Source: Centroscyllium fabricii
Taxonomy: Eukaryota
Length of the DNA stretch: 64,000 nucleotides
Direction: 5' to 3'
Assembly: GCA_051313645.2 (NCBI GenBank)
Contig: JBNRSN020000017.1
Span: forward strand, 1,612,001-1,676,000
In this document: piece after piece, positions 35,801 to 50,800 of the stretch
How positions within the stretch are numbered: position 1 is the stretch's first letter
Layout: the number at the start of each line of letters is the position of its first letter
Position numbers and translations under genes: made by a program
Notes under the pieces: model-generated
What the model was told of the DNA's origin: nothing
What the model saw: only the letters and a program-made list of their open reading frames with translations
The model's database searches: none

Positions 35801-38800
35801 CAGCTCGGGATAGTGAGGATTGCAGCTCGGGATAGTGAGGAGTGCAGCTCGGGATAGTGAGGAGTGCAGCTCGGGATAGTGAGGATTGCAGCTCGGGATA
35901 GTGAGGATTACATTCGGGATAGTGAGGATTGCAGCTCGGATAGTGAGGATTGCAGCTCGGATAGTGAGGATTGCAGCTCAGGATAGTGAGGATTACATTC
36001 GGGATAGTGAAGATTGCAGCTCGGGATAGTGAGGATTGATTGCAGCTCGGGATAGTGAGGATTGCATCGCGGGATAGTGAGGATTGCAGCTCGGGATAGT
36101 GAGGATTGCAGCTCGGGATAGTGAGGATTGCAGCTCGGGATAGTGAGGATTGCAGCTCGGAATAGTGAGGATTGCAGCTCGGGATAGTGAGGATTGCAGC
36201 TCGGGATAGTGAGGATTGCAGCTCGGGATAGTGAGGATTGCAGCTCGGATAGTGAGGATTGCAGCTCGGGATAGTGAGGATTGCAGCTCGGGATAGTGAG
36301 GATTACAGCTCGGGATAGTGAGGATTGCAGCTCGGGATAGTGAGGATTGCAGCTCGGATAGTGAGGATTGCAGCTCGGGATAGTGAGGATTGATTGCAGC
36401 TCGGGATAGTGAGGATTACAGCTCGGGATAGTGAGGATTACAGCTCGGGATAGTGAGGATTACAGCTCGGGATAGTGAGGATTGCAGCTCGGGATAGTGA
36501 GGATTGCAGCTCGGATAGTGAGGATTGCAGCTCGGGATAGTGAGGATTGATTGCAGCTCGGGATAGTGAGGATTGCAGCTCAGGATAGTGAGGATTACAG
36601 CTCGGGATAGTGAGGATTGCAGCTCGGGATAGTGAGGATTGCAGCTCGGATAGTGAGGATTGCAGCTCGGGATAGTGAGGATTGCAGCTCGGATAGTGAG
36701 GATTACAGCTCGGGATGGTGAGGATTACAGCTCGGGATAGTGAGGATTGCAGCTCGGGATAGTGAGGATTGCAGCTCGGGATAGTGAGGATTGCAGCTCG
36801 GGATAGTGAGGACTGCAGCTCGGGATAGTGAGGAATGCAGCTCGGGATAGTGAGGATTGCAGCTCGGGATAGTGAGGATTGCAGCTCGGGATAGTGAGGA
36901 TTGCAGCTCGGGATAGTGAGGAATGCAGCTCGGGATAGTGAGGATTGCAGCTCGGGATAGTGAGCATTGCAGCTCGGGAGAGTGAGGATTGCAGCTCGGG
37001 AGAGTGAGGATTGCAGCTCGGGAGAGTGAGGATTGCAGCTCGGGTGAGTGAGGATTGCAGCTCGGGAGAGTGAGGATTGCAGCTCGGGAGAGTGAGGATT
37101 GCAGCTCGGGAGAGTGAGGATTGCAGCTCGGGAGAGTGAGGATTGCAGCTCGGGAGAGTGAGGATTGCAGCTCGGGAGAGTGAGGATTGCAGCTCGGGAG
37201 AGTGAGGATTGCAGCTCGGGAGAGTGAGGATTGCAGCTCGGGAGAGTGAGGATTGCAGCTCGGGAGAGTGAGGATTGCAGCTCGGGAGAGTGAGGATTGC
37301 AGCTCGGGAGAGTGAGGATTGCAGCTCGGGAGAGTGAGGATTGCAGCTCGGGAGAGTGAGGATTGCAGCTCGGGAGAGTGAGGATTGCAGCTCGGGAGAG
37401 TGAGGATTGCAGCTCGGGAGAGTGAGGATTGCAGCTCGGGAGAGTGAGGATTGCAGCTCGGTAGAGTGAGGATTGCAGCTCGGGATAGTGAGCATTGCAG
37501 CTCGGGATAGTGAGGATTGCAGCTCGGGATAGTGAGGATTGCAGCTCGGGATAGTGAGGATTGCAGCTCGGGATAGTGAGGATTGCAGCTCGCGATAGTG
37601 AGGATTGCAGCTCGGGATAGTGAGGATTGCAGCTCGGGATAGTGAGGATTGCAGCTCGGGATAGTGAGGATTGCAGCTCGGGATAGTGAGGATTGCAGCT
37701 CGGGATAGTGAGGATTGCAGCTCGGGATAGTGAGGATTGCAGCTCGGGATAGTGAGGATTGCAGCTCGGGATAGTGAGGATTGCAGCTCGCGATAGTGAG
37801 GGTTGCAGCTCGGGATAGTGAGGATTGCAGCTCGGGATAGTGAGGATTGCAGCTCGGGATAGTGAAGATTGCAGCTCGGGATAGTGAGGATTGCAGCTCG
37901 GGATAGTGAGGATTGCAGCTCGGGATAGTGAGGATTACAGCTCGGGATAACGAGGATTGCAGCTCGGGATAGTGAGGATCGCAGCTGGGGATAGTGAAGA
38001 TCGCAGCTCGGGATAGTGAGGATCGCAGCTCGGGATAGTGAGGATCGCAGCTCGGGATAGTGAGGATCGCAGCTCGGGATAGTGAGGATCGCAGCTCGGG
38101 ATAGTGAGGATCGCAGCTCGGGATAGTGAGGATCGCAGCTCGGGATAGTGAGGATCGCAGCTCGGGATAGCGAGGATCGCAGCTCGGGATAGCGAGGATC
38201 GCAGCTCGGGATAGCGAGGATCTCAGCACGGGATAGCGAGGATTGCAGCTCGGGATAGTGAGGATTACAGTGCGGGATAGTGAGGATTGCAGCTCGGGAT
38301 AGTGAGGACTGCAGCTCAGGATAGTGAGGAGTGCAGCTCGGGATAGTGAGGATTGCAGCTCGGGATAGTGAGGATTACATTCGGGATAGTGAGGATTGCA
38401 GCTCGGATAGTGAGGATTGCAGCTCGGATAGTGAGGATTACATTCGGGATAGTGAAGATTGCAGCTCGGGATAGTGAGGATTGCAGCTCGGGATAGTGAG
38501 GATTGCAGCTCGGGATAGTGAGGATTGATTGCAGCTCGGGATAGTGAGGATTGCAGCGTGGGATAGTGAGGATTGCAGCTCGGGATAGTGAGGATTGCAG
38601 CTCGGGATAGTGAGGATTACAGCTCGGGATAGTGAGGATTGCAGCTCGGGATAGTGAGGATTGCAGCTCGGGATAGTGAGGATTGCAGCTCGGGATAGTG
38701 AGGATTGCAGCTGGGGATAGTGAGGATTGATTGCAGCTCGGGATAGTGAGGATTGCAGCTCAGGATAGTGAGGATTGCAGCTCGGATAGTGAGGATTGCA

Positions 38801-41800
38801 GCTCGGGATAGTGAGGATTGATTGCAGCTCGGGATAGTGAGGATTGCAGCTCGGGATAGTGAGGATTGCAGCTCGGGATAGTGAGGATTGCAGCTCGGGA
38901 TAGTGAGGATTGCAGCTCGGATAGTGAGGATTGCAGCTCGGGATAGTGAGGATTGATTGCAGCTCAGGATAGTGAGGATTGCAGCTCGGGATAGTGAGGA
39001 TTGCAGCGTGGGATAGTGAGGATTGCAGCGCGGGATAGTGAGGATTGCAGCTCGGGATAGTGAGGATTGCAGCTCGGATAGTGAGGATTACAGCTCGGGA
39101 TAGTGAGGATTACAGCTCGGGATAGTGAGGATTGCAGCTCGGGATAGTGAGGATTGCAGCTCGGGATAGTGAGGATTGCAGCTCGGGATAGTGAGGATTG
39201 CAGCTCGGGATAGTGAGGATTGCAGCTCGGGATAGTGAGGATTGCAGCTCGGGATAGTGAGGATTGCAGCTCGGGATAGTGAGGATTGCAGCTCGGGATA
39301 GTGAGGATTGCAGCTCGGGATAGTGAGGATTGCAGCTCGGGATAGTGAGGAATGCAGCTCGGGATAGTGAGGATTGCAGCTCGTGATAGTGAGGATTGCA
39401 GCTCCGGATAGTGAGGATTGCAGCTCGGATAGTGAGGATTGCAGCTCGGGATAGTGAGGAATGCAGCTCAGGGATAGTGAGGATTGCAGCTCAGGATAGT
39501 GAGGATTGCAGCTCGGGATAGTGAGGATTGCAGCTCGCGATAGTGAGGATTGCAGCTCGGGAGAGTGAGGATTGCAGCTCGGGAGAGCGAGGATTGCAGC
39601 TCGGGATAGTGAGGATTGCAGCTCGGGATAGTGAGATTGCAGCTCGGGATAGTGAAGATTGCAGCTCGGGATAGTGAGGATTGCAGCTCGGGATAGTGAG
39701 GATTGCAGCTCGGGATAGTGAGGATTACAGCTCGGGATAGTGAGGATTGCAGCTCGGGATAGCGAAGATTGCAGCTCGGGATAGTCAGGATTGCAGCTCG
39801 GGATAGTGAGGATTGCAGCTCGGGATAGTCAGGATTGCAGCTCGGGATAGTGAGGATTGCAGCTCGGGATAGTGAGGATTGCAGCTCGGGATAGTGAGGG
39901 TTACAGCTCGCGATAGTGAGGATTGCAGCTCGGGATAGTGAGGATTGCAGCTCGGGATAGTGAGGATTGCAGCTCGGGATAGTGAGGATTGCAGCTCGGG
40001 ATAGTGAGCATTGCAGCTCGGGATAGTGAGGAGTGCAGCTCGGGATAGTGAGGAGTGCAGCTCGGGATAGTGAGGATTGCAGCTCGGGATAGTGAGGATT
40101 ACATTCGGGATAGTGAGGATTGCAGCTCGGATAGTGAGGATTGCAGCTCGGATAGTGAGGATTGCAGCTCAGGATAGTGAGGATTACATTCGGGATAGTG
40201 AAGATTGCAGCTCGGGATAGTGAGGATTGATTGCAGCTCGGGATAGTGAGGATTGCATCGCGGGATAGTGAGGATTGCAGCTCGGGATAGTGAGGATTGC
40301 AGCTCGGGATAGTGAGGATTGCAGCTCGGGATAGTGAGGATTGCAGCTCGGAATAGTGAGGATTGCAGCTCGGGATAGTGAGGATTGCAGCTCGGGATAG
40401 TGAGGATTGCAGCTCGGGATAGTGAGGATTGCAGCTCGGGATAGTGAGGATTGCAGCTCGGATAGTGAGGATTGCAGCTCGGGATAGTGAGGATTGCAGC
40501 TCGGGATAGTGAGGATTACAGCTCGGGATAGTGAGGATTGCAGCTCGGGATAGTGAGGATTGCAGCTCGGATAGTGAGGATTGCAGCTCGGGATAGTGAG
40601 GATTGATTGCAGCTCGGGATAGTGAGGATTACAGCTCGGGATAGTGAGGATTACAGCTCGGGATAGTGAGGATTGCAGCTCGGGATAGTGAGGATTGCAG
40701 CTCGGATAGTGAGGATTGCAGCTCGGGATAGTGAGGATTGATTGCAGCTCGGGATAGTGAGGATTGCAGCTCAGGATAGTGAGGATTACAGCTCGGGATA
40801 GTGAGGATTGCAGCTCGGGATAGTGAGGATTGCAGCTCGGATAGTGAGGATTGCAGCTCGGGATAGTGAGGATTGCAGCTCGGATAGTGAGGATTACAGC
40901 TCGGGATGGTGAGGATTACAGCTCGGGATAGTGAGGATTGCAGCTCGGGATAGTGAGGATTGCAGCTCGGGATAGTGAGGATTGCAGCTCGGGATAGTGA
41001 GGACTGCAGCTCGGGATAGTGAGGAATGCAGCTCGGGATAGTGAGGATTGCAGCTCGGGATAGTGAGGATTGCAGCTCGGGATAGTGAGGATTGCAGCTC
41101 GGGATAGTGAGGATTGCAGCTCGGGATAGTGAGGAATGCAGCTCGGGATAGTGAGGATTGCAGCTCGGGATAGTGAGCATTGCAGCTCGGGAGAGTGAGG
41201 ATTGCAGCTCGGGAGAGTGAGGATTGCAGCTCGGGAGAGTGAGGATTGCAGCTCGGGAGAGTGAGGATTGCAGCTCGGGAGAGTGAGGATTGCAGCTCGG
41301 GTGAGTGAGGATTGCAGCTCGGGAGAGTGAGGATTGCAGCTCGGGAGAGTGAGGATTGCAGCTCGGGAGAGTGAGGATTGCAGCTCGGGAGAGTGAGGAT
41401 TGCAGCTCGGGAGAGTGAGGATTGCAGCTCGGGAGAGTGAGGATTGCAGCTCGGGAGAGTGAGGATTGCAGCTCGGGAGAGTGAGGATTGCAGCTCGGGA
41501 GAGTGAGGATTGCAGCTCGGTAGAGTGAGGATTGCAGCTCGGGATAGTGAGCATTGCAGCTCGGGATAGTGAGGATTGCAGCTCGGGATAGTGAGGATTG
41601 CAGCTCGGGATAGTGAGGATTGCAGCTCGGGATAGTGAGGATTGCAGCTCGGGATAGTGAGGATTGCAGCTCGGGATAGTGAGGATTGCAGCTCGGGATA
41701 GTGAGGATTGCAGCTCGGGATAGTGAGGATTGCAGCTCGGGATAGTGAAGATTGCAGCTCGGGATAGTGAGGATTGCAGCTCGGGATAGTGAGGATTGCA

Positions 41801-44800
41801 GCTCGGGATAGTGAGGATTGCAGCTCGGGATAGTGAGGATTGCAGCTCGCGATAGTGAGGATTGCAGCTCGGGATAGTGAGGATTACAGCTCGGGATAGT
41901 GAGGATTGCAGCTCGGGATAGTGAAGATTGCAGCTCGGGATAGTGAGGATTGCAGCTCGGGATAGTGAGGATTGCAGCTCGGGATAGTGAGGATTACAGC
42001 TCGGGATAACGAGGATTACAGCTCGGGATAGTGAGGATTGCAGCTGGGGATAGTGAAGATCGCAGCTCGGGATAGTGAGGATCGCAGCTCGGGATAGTGA
42101 GGATCGCAGCTCGGGATAGTGAGGATCGCAGCTCGGGATAGTGAGGATCGCAGCTCGGGATAGTGAGGATCGCAGCTCGGGATAGTGAGGATCGCAGCTC
42201 GGGATAGCGAGGATCGCAGCTCGGGATAGCGAGGATCGCAGCTCGGGATAGCGAGGATCTCAGCACGGGATAGTGAGGATTGCAGCTCGGGATAGTGAGG
42301 ATTACAGTGCGGGATAGTGAGGATTGCAGCTCGGGATAGTGAGGACTGCAGCTCGGGATAGTGAGGAGTGCAGCTCGGGATAGTGAGGATTGCAGCTCGG
42401 GATAGTGAGGATTACATTCGGGATAGTGAGGATTGCAGCTCGGATAGTGAGGATTGCAGCTCGGATAGTGAGGATTACATTCGGGATAGTGAAGATTGCA
42501 GCTCGGGATAGTGAGGATTGCAGCTCGGGATAGTGAGGATTGCAGCTCGGGATAGTGAGGATTGATTGCAGCTCGGGATAGTGAGGATTGCAGCGTGGGT
42601 TAGTGAGGATTGCAGCTCGGGATAGTGAGGATTGCAGCTCGGGATAGTGAGGATTACAGCTCGGGATAGTGAGGATTGCAGCTCGGGATAGTGAGGATTG
42701 CAGCTCGGGATAGTGAGGATTGCAGCTCGGGATAGTGAGGATTGCAGCTGGGGATAGTGAGGATTGATTGCAGCTCGGGATAGTGAGGATTGCAGCTCAG
42801 GATAGTGAGGATTGCAGCTCGGATAGTGAGGATTGCAGCTCGGGATAGTGAGGATTGATTGCAGCTCGGGATAGTGAGGATTGCAGCTCGGGATAGTGAG
42901 GATTGCAGCTCGGGATAGTGAGGATTGCAGCTCGGGATAGTGAGGATTGCAGCTCGGATAGTGAGGATTGCAGCTCGGGATAGTGAGGATTGATTGCAGC
43001 TCAGGATAGTGAGGATTGCAGCTCGGGATAGTGAGGATTGCAGCGCGGGATAGTGAGGATTGCAGCGCGGGATAGTGAGGATTGCAGCTCGGGATAGTGA
43101 GGATTGCAGCTCGGATAGTGAGGATTACAGCTCGGGATAGTGAGGATTACAGCTCGGGATAGTGAGGATTGCAGCTCGGGATAGTGAGGATTGCAGCTCG
43201 GGATAGTGAGGATTGCAGCTCGGGATAGTGAGGATTGCAGCTCGGGATAGTGAGGATTGCAGCTCGGGATAGTGAGGATTGCAGCTCGGGATAGTGAGGA
43301 TTGCAGCTCGGGATAGTGAGGATTGCAGCTCGGGATAGTGAGGATTGCAGCTCGGGATAGTGAGGAATGCAGCTCGGGATAGTGAGGATTGCAGCTCGGG
43401 ATAGTGAGGATTGCAGCTCCGGATAGTGAGGATTGCAGCTCGGATAGTGAGGATTGCAGCTCGGGATAGTGAGGAATGCAGCTCAGGGATAGTGAGGATT
43501 GCAGCTCGGGATAGTGAGGATTGCAGCTCGCGATAGTGAGGATTGCAGCTCGGGAGAGTGAGGATTGCAGCTCGGGAGAGTGAGGATTGCAGCTCGGGAG
43601 AGTGAGGATTGCAGCTCGGGATAGTGAGGATTGCAGCTCGGGATAGTGAGGATTGCAGCTCGGGATAGTGAAGATTGCAGCTCGGGATAGTGAGGATTGC
43701 AGCTCGGGATAGTGAGGATTGCAGCTCGGGATAGTGAGGATTACAGCTCGGGATAGTGAGGATTGCAGCTCGGGATAGCGAAGATTGCAGCTCGGGATAG
43801 TCAGGATTGCAGCTCGGGATAGTGAGGATTGCAGCTCGGGATAGTCAGGATTGCAGCTCGGGATAGTGAGGATTGCAGCTCGGGATAGTGAGGATTGCAG
43901 CTCGGGATAGTGAGGGTTACAGCTCGCGATAGTGAGGATTGCAGCTCGGGATAGTGAGGATTGCAGCTCGGGATAGTGAGGATTGCAGCTCGGGATAGTC
44001 AGGATTGCAGCTCGGGTTAGTGAGGATAGCAGCTCGGGATAGTGAGGATTGCAGCTCGGGATAGTGAGGATTGCAGCTCGGGATAGTGAGGAATGCAGCT
44101 CGGGATAGTGAGGAGTGCAGCTCGGGATAGTGAGGATTGCAGCTCGGGATAGTGAGGATTACATTCGGGATAGTGAGGATTGCAGCTCGGATAGTGAGGA
44201 TTGCAGCTCGGATAGTGAGGATTGCAGCTCAGGATAGTGAGGATTACATTCGGGATAGTGAAGATTGCAGCTCGGGATAGTGAGGATTGATTGCAGCTCG
44301 GGATAGTGAGAATTGCATCGCGGGATAGTGAGGATTGCAGCTCGGGATAGTGAGGATTGCAGCTCGGGATAGTGAGGATTGCAGCTCGGGATAGTGAGGA
44401 TTGCAGCTCGGGATAGCGAAGATTGCAGCTCAGGATAGTCAGGATTGCAGCTCGGGATAGTGAGGATTGCAGCTCGGGATAGTCAGGATTGCAGCTCGGG
44501 ATAGTGAGGATTGCAGCTCGGGATAGTGAGGATTGCAGCTCGGGATAGTGAGGGTTACAGCTCGCGATAGTGAGGATTGCAGCTCGGGATAGTGAGGATT
44601 GCAGCTCGGGATAGTGAGGATTGCAGCTCGGGATAGTCAGGATTGCAGCTCGGGTTAGTGAGGATTGCAGCTCGGGATAGTGAGGATTGCAGCTCGGGAC
44701 AGTGAGGATTGCAGCTCGGGATAGTGAGGAATGCAGCTCGGGATAGTGAGGAGTGCAGCTCGGGATAGTGAGGATTGCAGCTCGGGATAGTGAGGATTAC

Positions 44801-47800
44801 ATTCGGGATAGTGAGGATTGCAGCTCGGATAGTGAGGATTGCAGCTCGGATAGTGAGGATTGCAGCTCAGGATAGTGAGGATTACATTCGGGATAGTGAA
44901 GATTGCAGCTCGGGATAGTGAGGATTGATTGCAGCTCGGGATAGTGAGGATTGCATCGCGGGATAGTGAGGATTGCAGCTCGGGATAGTGAGGATTGCAG
45001 CTCGGGATAGTGAGGATTGCAGCTCGGGATAGTGAGGATTGCAGCTCGGGATAGTGAGGATTGCAGCTCGGGATAGTGAGGATTGCAGCTCGGGATAGTG
45101 AGGATTGCAGCTCGGGATAGTGAGGATTGCAGCTCGGATAGTGAGGATTGCAGCTCGGGATAGTGAGGATTGCAGCTCGGGATAGTGAGGATTACAGCTC
45201 GGGATAGTGAGGATTGCAGCTCGGGATAGTGAGGATTGCAGCTCGGATAGTGAGGATTGCAGCTCGGGATAGTGAGGATTGATTGCAGCTCGGGATAGTG
45301 AGGATTACAGCTCGGGATAGTGAGGATTACAGCTCGGGATAGTGAGAATTGCAGCTCGGGATAGTGAGGATTGCAGCTCGGATAGTGAGGATTGCAGCTC
45401 GGGATAGTGAGGATTGATTGCAGCTCGGGATAGTGAGGATTGCAGCTCAGGATAGTGAGGATTACAGCTCGGGATAGTGAGGATTGCAGCTCGGGATAGT
45501 GAGGATTGCAGCTCGGATAGTGAGGATTGCAGCTCGGGATAGTGAGGATTGCAGCTCGGATAGTGAGGATTACAGCTCGGGATGGTGAGGATTACAGCTC
45601 GGGATAGTGAGGATTGCAGCTCGGGATAGTGAGGATTGCAGCTCGGGATAGTGAGGATTGCAGCTCGGGATAGTGAGGACTGCAGCTCGGGATAGTGAGG
45701 AATGCAGCTCGGGATAGTGAGGATTGCAGCTCGGGATAGTGAGGATTGCAGCTCGGGATAGTGAGGATTGCAGCTCGGGATAGTGAGGAATGCAGCTCGG
45801 GATAGTGAGGATTGCAGCTCGGGATAGTGAGCATTGCAGCTCGGGAGAGTGAGGATTGCAGCTCGGGAGAGTGAGGATTGCAGCTCGGGAGAGTGAGGAT
45901 TGCAGCTCGGGAGAGTGAGGATTGCAGCTCGGGAGAGTGAGGATTGCAGCTCGGGTGAGTGAGGATTGCAGCTCGGGAGAGTGAGGATTGCAGCTCGGGA
46001 GAGTGAGGATTGCAGCTCGGGAGAGTGAGGATTGCAGCTCGGGAGAGTGAGGATTGCAGCTCGGGAGAGTGAGGATTGCAGCTCGGGAGAGTGAGGATTG
46101 CAGCTCGGGAGAGTGAGGATTGCAGCTCGGGAGAGTGAGGATTGCAGCTCGGGAGAGTGAGGATTGCAGCTCGGGAGAGTGAGGATTGCAGCTCGGTAGA
46201 GTGAGGATTGCAGCTCGGGATAGTGAGCATTGCAGCTCGGGATAGTGAGGATTGCAGCTCGGGATAGTGAGGATTGCAGCTCGGGATAGTGAGGATTGCA
46301 GCTCGGGATAGTGAGGATTGCAGCTCGCGATAGTGAGGATTGCAGCTCGGGATAGTGAGGATTGCAGCTCGGGATAGTGAGGATTGCAGCTCGGGATAGT
46401 GAGGATTGCAGCTCGGGATAGTGAGGATTGCAGCTCGGGATAGTGAGGATTGCAGCTCGGGATAGTGAGGATTGCAGCTCGGGATAGTGAGGATTGCAGC
46501 TCGGGATAGTGAGGATTGCAGCTCGCGATAGTGAGGATTGCAGCTCGGGATAGTGAGGATTACAGCTCGGGATAGTGAGGATTGCAGCTCGGGATAGTGA
46601 AGATTGCAGCTCGGGATAGTGAGGATTGCAGCTCGGGATAGTGAGGATTGCAGCTCGGGATAGTGAGGATTACAGCTCGGGATAACGAGGATTACAGCTC
46701 GGGATAGTGAGGATTGCAGCTGGGGATAGTGAAGATCGCAGCTCGGGATAGTGAGGATCGCAGCTCGGGATAGTGAGGATCGCAGCTCGGGATAGTGAGG
46801 ATCGCAGCTCGGGATAGTGAGGATCGCAGCTCGGGATAGTGAGGATCGCAGCTCGGGATAGTGAGGATCGCAGCTCGGGATAGTGAGGATCGCAGCTCGG
46901 GATAGCGAGGATCGCAGCTCGGGATAGCGAGGATCGCAGCTCGGGATAGCGAGGATCTCAGCACGGGATAGTGAGGATTAAAGCTCGGGATAGTGAGGAT
47001 TACAGCTCAGGATAGTGAGGATTGATTGCAGCTCGGGATAGTGAGGACTGCAGCTCAGGATAGTGAAGATTACAGCTCGGGATAGTGAGGATTGCAGCTC
47101 GGGAGAGTGAGGATTGCAGCTCGGGATAGTGAGGATTGCAGCTCGGGATAGTGAGGATTGCAGCTCGGGATAGTGAGGATTGCAGCTCGGGATAGTGACG
47201 ATTACAGCTCGGGATAGTGAGGATTGCAGCTCGGGATTGTGAAGATTGCAGCTCGTGTTAGTGAGGATTGCAGCTCGGGATAGTGAGGATTGCAGCTCGG
47301 GATAGTGAGGATTGCAGCTCGGGATAGTGAGGATTACAGCTCGGGATAGTGAGGATTGATTGCAGCTCGGGATAGTGAGGATTGCAGCTCGGATAGTGAG
47401 GATTACAGCTCGGGATAGTGAGGAGTGCAGCTCGGGATAGTGAGGATTACAGCTCGGCATAGTGAGGATTGCAGCTCGGGATAGAGGATTGCAGCTCGGG
47501 ATAGTGAGGATTGCAGCTCGCGATAGTGAGGAATGCAGCTCGGGATAGTGAGCATTGCAGCTCGGGATAGTGAGCATTGCAGCTCGGGATAGTGAGCATT
47601 GCAGCTCGGGATAGTGATGATTACAGCTCGGGATAGTGAGGATTGCAGCTTGGGATAGTGAGGATTGCAGCTCGGGATAGTGACGACTGCAGCTCAGGAT
47701 AGTGAGGATTGCAGCTCGGGCTAGTGAGGATTACAGCTCGGGATATTGAGGATTACAGCTCGGGATAGTGAGGATTGCAGCTCGGGATAGTGAGGAATGC

Positions 47801-50800
47801 AGCTCAGGATAGTGAGGATTGCAGCTCGGGGTAGTGAGGATTGCAGCTCGGGATAGTGAGGATTGCAGCTCGGGATAGTGAGGAATGCAGCTCAGGATAG
47901 TGAGGATTGCAGCTCGGGATAGTGAGGATTGCAGCTCGGGGTAGTGAGGAATGCAGCTCGGATGGTGAGGATTACAGCTCGGGATAGTGAGGATTGCAGC
48001 TCGGGATAGTGGGGATTGCAGCGCAGGATAGTGAGAATTGCAGCGCAGGATAGTGAGGATTGCAGCACGGGATAGTGAGGATTGCAGCTCGGGATAGTGA
48101 GGATTGCAGCTCGGGATAGTGAGGATTGCAGCTCGGGATAGTGAGGATTGCAGCTCGGATAGTGAGGATTACAGCTCGGGATAGTGAGGATTACAGCTCG
48201 GGATATTGAGGATTGCAGCTCGGGATAGTGAGGAGTGCAGCTCGGGATAGTGAGGATTGCAGCTCGGGATAGTGAGGATTGCAGCTCGGGATAGTGAGGA
48301 TTGCAGCTCGGGATAGTGAGGATTGCAGCTCGGGATAGTGAGGATTGCAGCTCGGGAGAGTGAGGATTGCAGCTCGGGAGAGTGAGGATTGCAGCTCGGG
48401 AGAGTGAGGATTGCCGCTCGGGAGAGTGAGGATTGCAGCTCGGGATAGTGAGGATTACAGCTCGGGATAGTGAGGATTGATTGCAGCTCGGGATAGTGAG
48501 GATTGCAGCTCGGATAGTGAGGATTACAGCTCGGGATAGTGAGGAGTGCAGCTCGGGATAGTGAGGATTACAGCTCGGCATAGTGAGGATTGCAGCTCGG
48601 GATAGAGGATTGCAGCTCGGGATAGTGAGGATTGCAGCTCGCGATAGTGAGTAATGCAGCTCGGGATAGTGAGGATTGCAGCTCGGGATAGTGAGCATTG
48701 CAGCTCGGGATAGTGAGCATTGCAGCTCGGGATAGTGAGGACTGCAGCTCGGGATAGTGAGGATTGCAGCTCGGGATAGTGAGGATTACAGCTCGGGATA
48801 GTGAGGATTACAGCTCGGGATAGTGAGGATTGCAGCTCGGGATAGTGAGGAATGCAGCTCAGGATAGTGAGGATTGCAGCTCGGGATAGTGAGGATTGCA
48901 GCTTGGGATAGTGAGGATTGCAGCTCGGGATAGTGAGGAATGCAGCTCAGGATAGTGAGCATTGCAGCTCGGGAGAGTGAGGATTGCAGCTCTGGATAGT
49001 GAGGATTACATTCGGGATAGTGAAGATTGCAGCTCGGGATAGTGAGGATTGATTGCAGCTCGGGATAGTGAGGATTGCAGCTCGGGATAGTGAGGAATGC
49101 AGCTCGGATAGTGAGGATTACAGCTCGGGATAGTGAGGATTGCAGCTCGGGATAGTGAGGATTGCAGCGCAGGATAGTGAGGATTGCAGCTCGGGATAGT
49201 GAGGATTGCAGCTCGGGATAGTGAGGATTGCAGCTCGGGATAGTGAGGATTGCAGCTCGGATAGTGAGGATTACAGCTCGGGATAGTGAGGATTACAGCT
49301 CGGGATAGTGAGGATTGCAGCTCGGGATAGTGAGGAGTGCAGCTCGGGATAGTGAGGATTGCAGCTCGGGATAGTGAGGATTGCAGCTCGGGATAGTGAG
49401 GATTGCAGCTCGGGATAGTGAGGATTGCAGCTCGGGATAGTGAGGATTGCAGCTCGGGATAGTGAGGATTGCAGCTCGGGAGAGTGAGGATTGCAGCTCG
49501 GGAGAGTGAGGATTGCCGCTCGGGAGAGTGAGGATTGCAGCTCGGGATAGTGAGGATTGCAGCTCGGGATAGTGAGGATTGCAGCTCGGGATAGTGAGGA
49601 TTGCAGCTCGGGATAGTGAGGATTGCAGCTCGGGATAGTGAGGATTGCAGCTCGGGATAGTGAGGATTGCAGCTCGGGATAGTGAGGATTGCAGCTCGGG
49701 ATAGTGAGGATTGCAGCTCGGGATAGTGAGGATTGCAGCTCGGGATAGTGAGGAGTGCAGCTCGGGATAGTGAGCATTGCAGCTCGGGATAGTGAGCATT
49801 TCAGCTCGGGATAGTGAGGAGTGCAGCTCGGGATAGTGAGGATTGCAGCTCGGGATAGTGAGGATTGCAGCTCGGGATAGTGAGGATTGCAGCTCGGGAT
49901 AGTGAGGAATGCAGCTCGGGATAGTGAGGATTGCAGCTCGGGATAGTGAGGATTGCAGCTCGGGATAGTGAGGATTGCAGCTCGGGATAGTGAGGATTGC
50001 AGCTCGGGATCGTGAGGACTGCAGCTCGGGATAGTGAGGACTGCAGCTCGGGATAGTGAGGACTGCAGCTCGGGATAGTGAGGAATGCAGCTCGGGATAG
50101 TGAAGATTGCAGCTCGGGATAGTGAGGACTGCAGCTCGGGATAGTGAGGACTGCAGCTCGGGATAGTGAGGACTGCAGCTCGGGATAGTGAGGACTGCAG
50201 CTCGGGATAGTGAGGACTGCAGCTCGGGATAGTGAGGACTGCAGCTCGGGATAGTGAGGACTGCAGCTCGGGATAGTGAGGACTGCAGCTCGGGATAGAG
50301 AGGACTGCAGCTCGGGATAGCGAGGACCGCAGCTCGGGATAGCGAGGATCGCAGCTCGGGATAGCGAGGATCTCAGCACGGGATAGTGAGGATTGCAGCT
50401 CGGGATAGTGAGGATTACAGTGCGGGATAGTGAGGATTGCAGCTCGGGATAGTGAGGACTGCAGCTCAGGATAGTGAGGAGTGCAGCTCGGGATAGTGAG
50501 GATTGCAGCTCGGGATAGTGAGGATTACATTCGGGATAGTGAGGATTGCAGCTCGGATAGTGAGGATTGCAGCTCGGATAGTGAGGATTACATTCGGGAT
50601 AGTGAAGATTGCAGCTCGGGATAGTGAGGATTGCAGCTCGGGATAGTGAGGATTGCAGCTCGGGATAGTGAGGATTGATTGCAGCTCGGGATAGTGAGGA
50701 TTGTAGCGTGGGATAGTGAGGATTGCAGCTCGGGATAGTGAGGATTGCAGCTCGGGATAGTGAGGATTACAGCTCGGGATAGTGAGGATTGCAGCTCGGG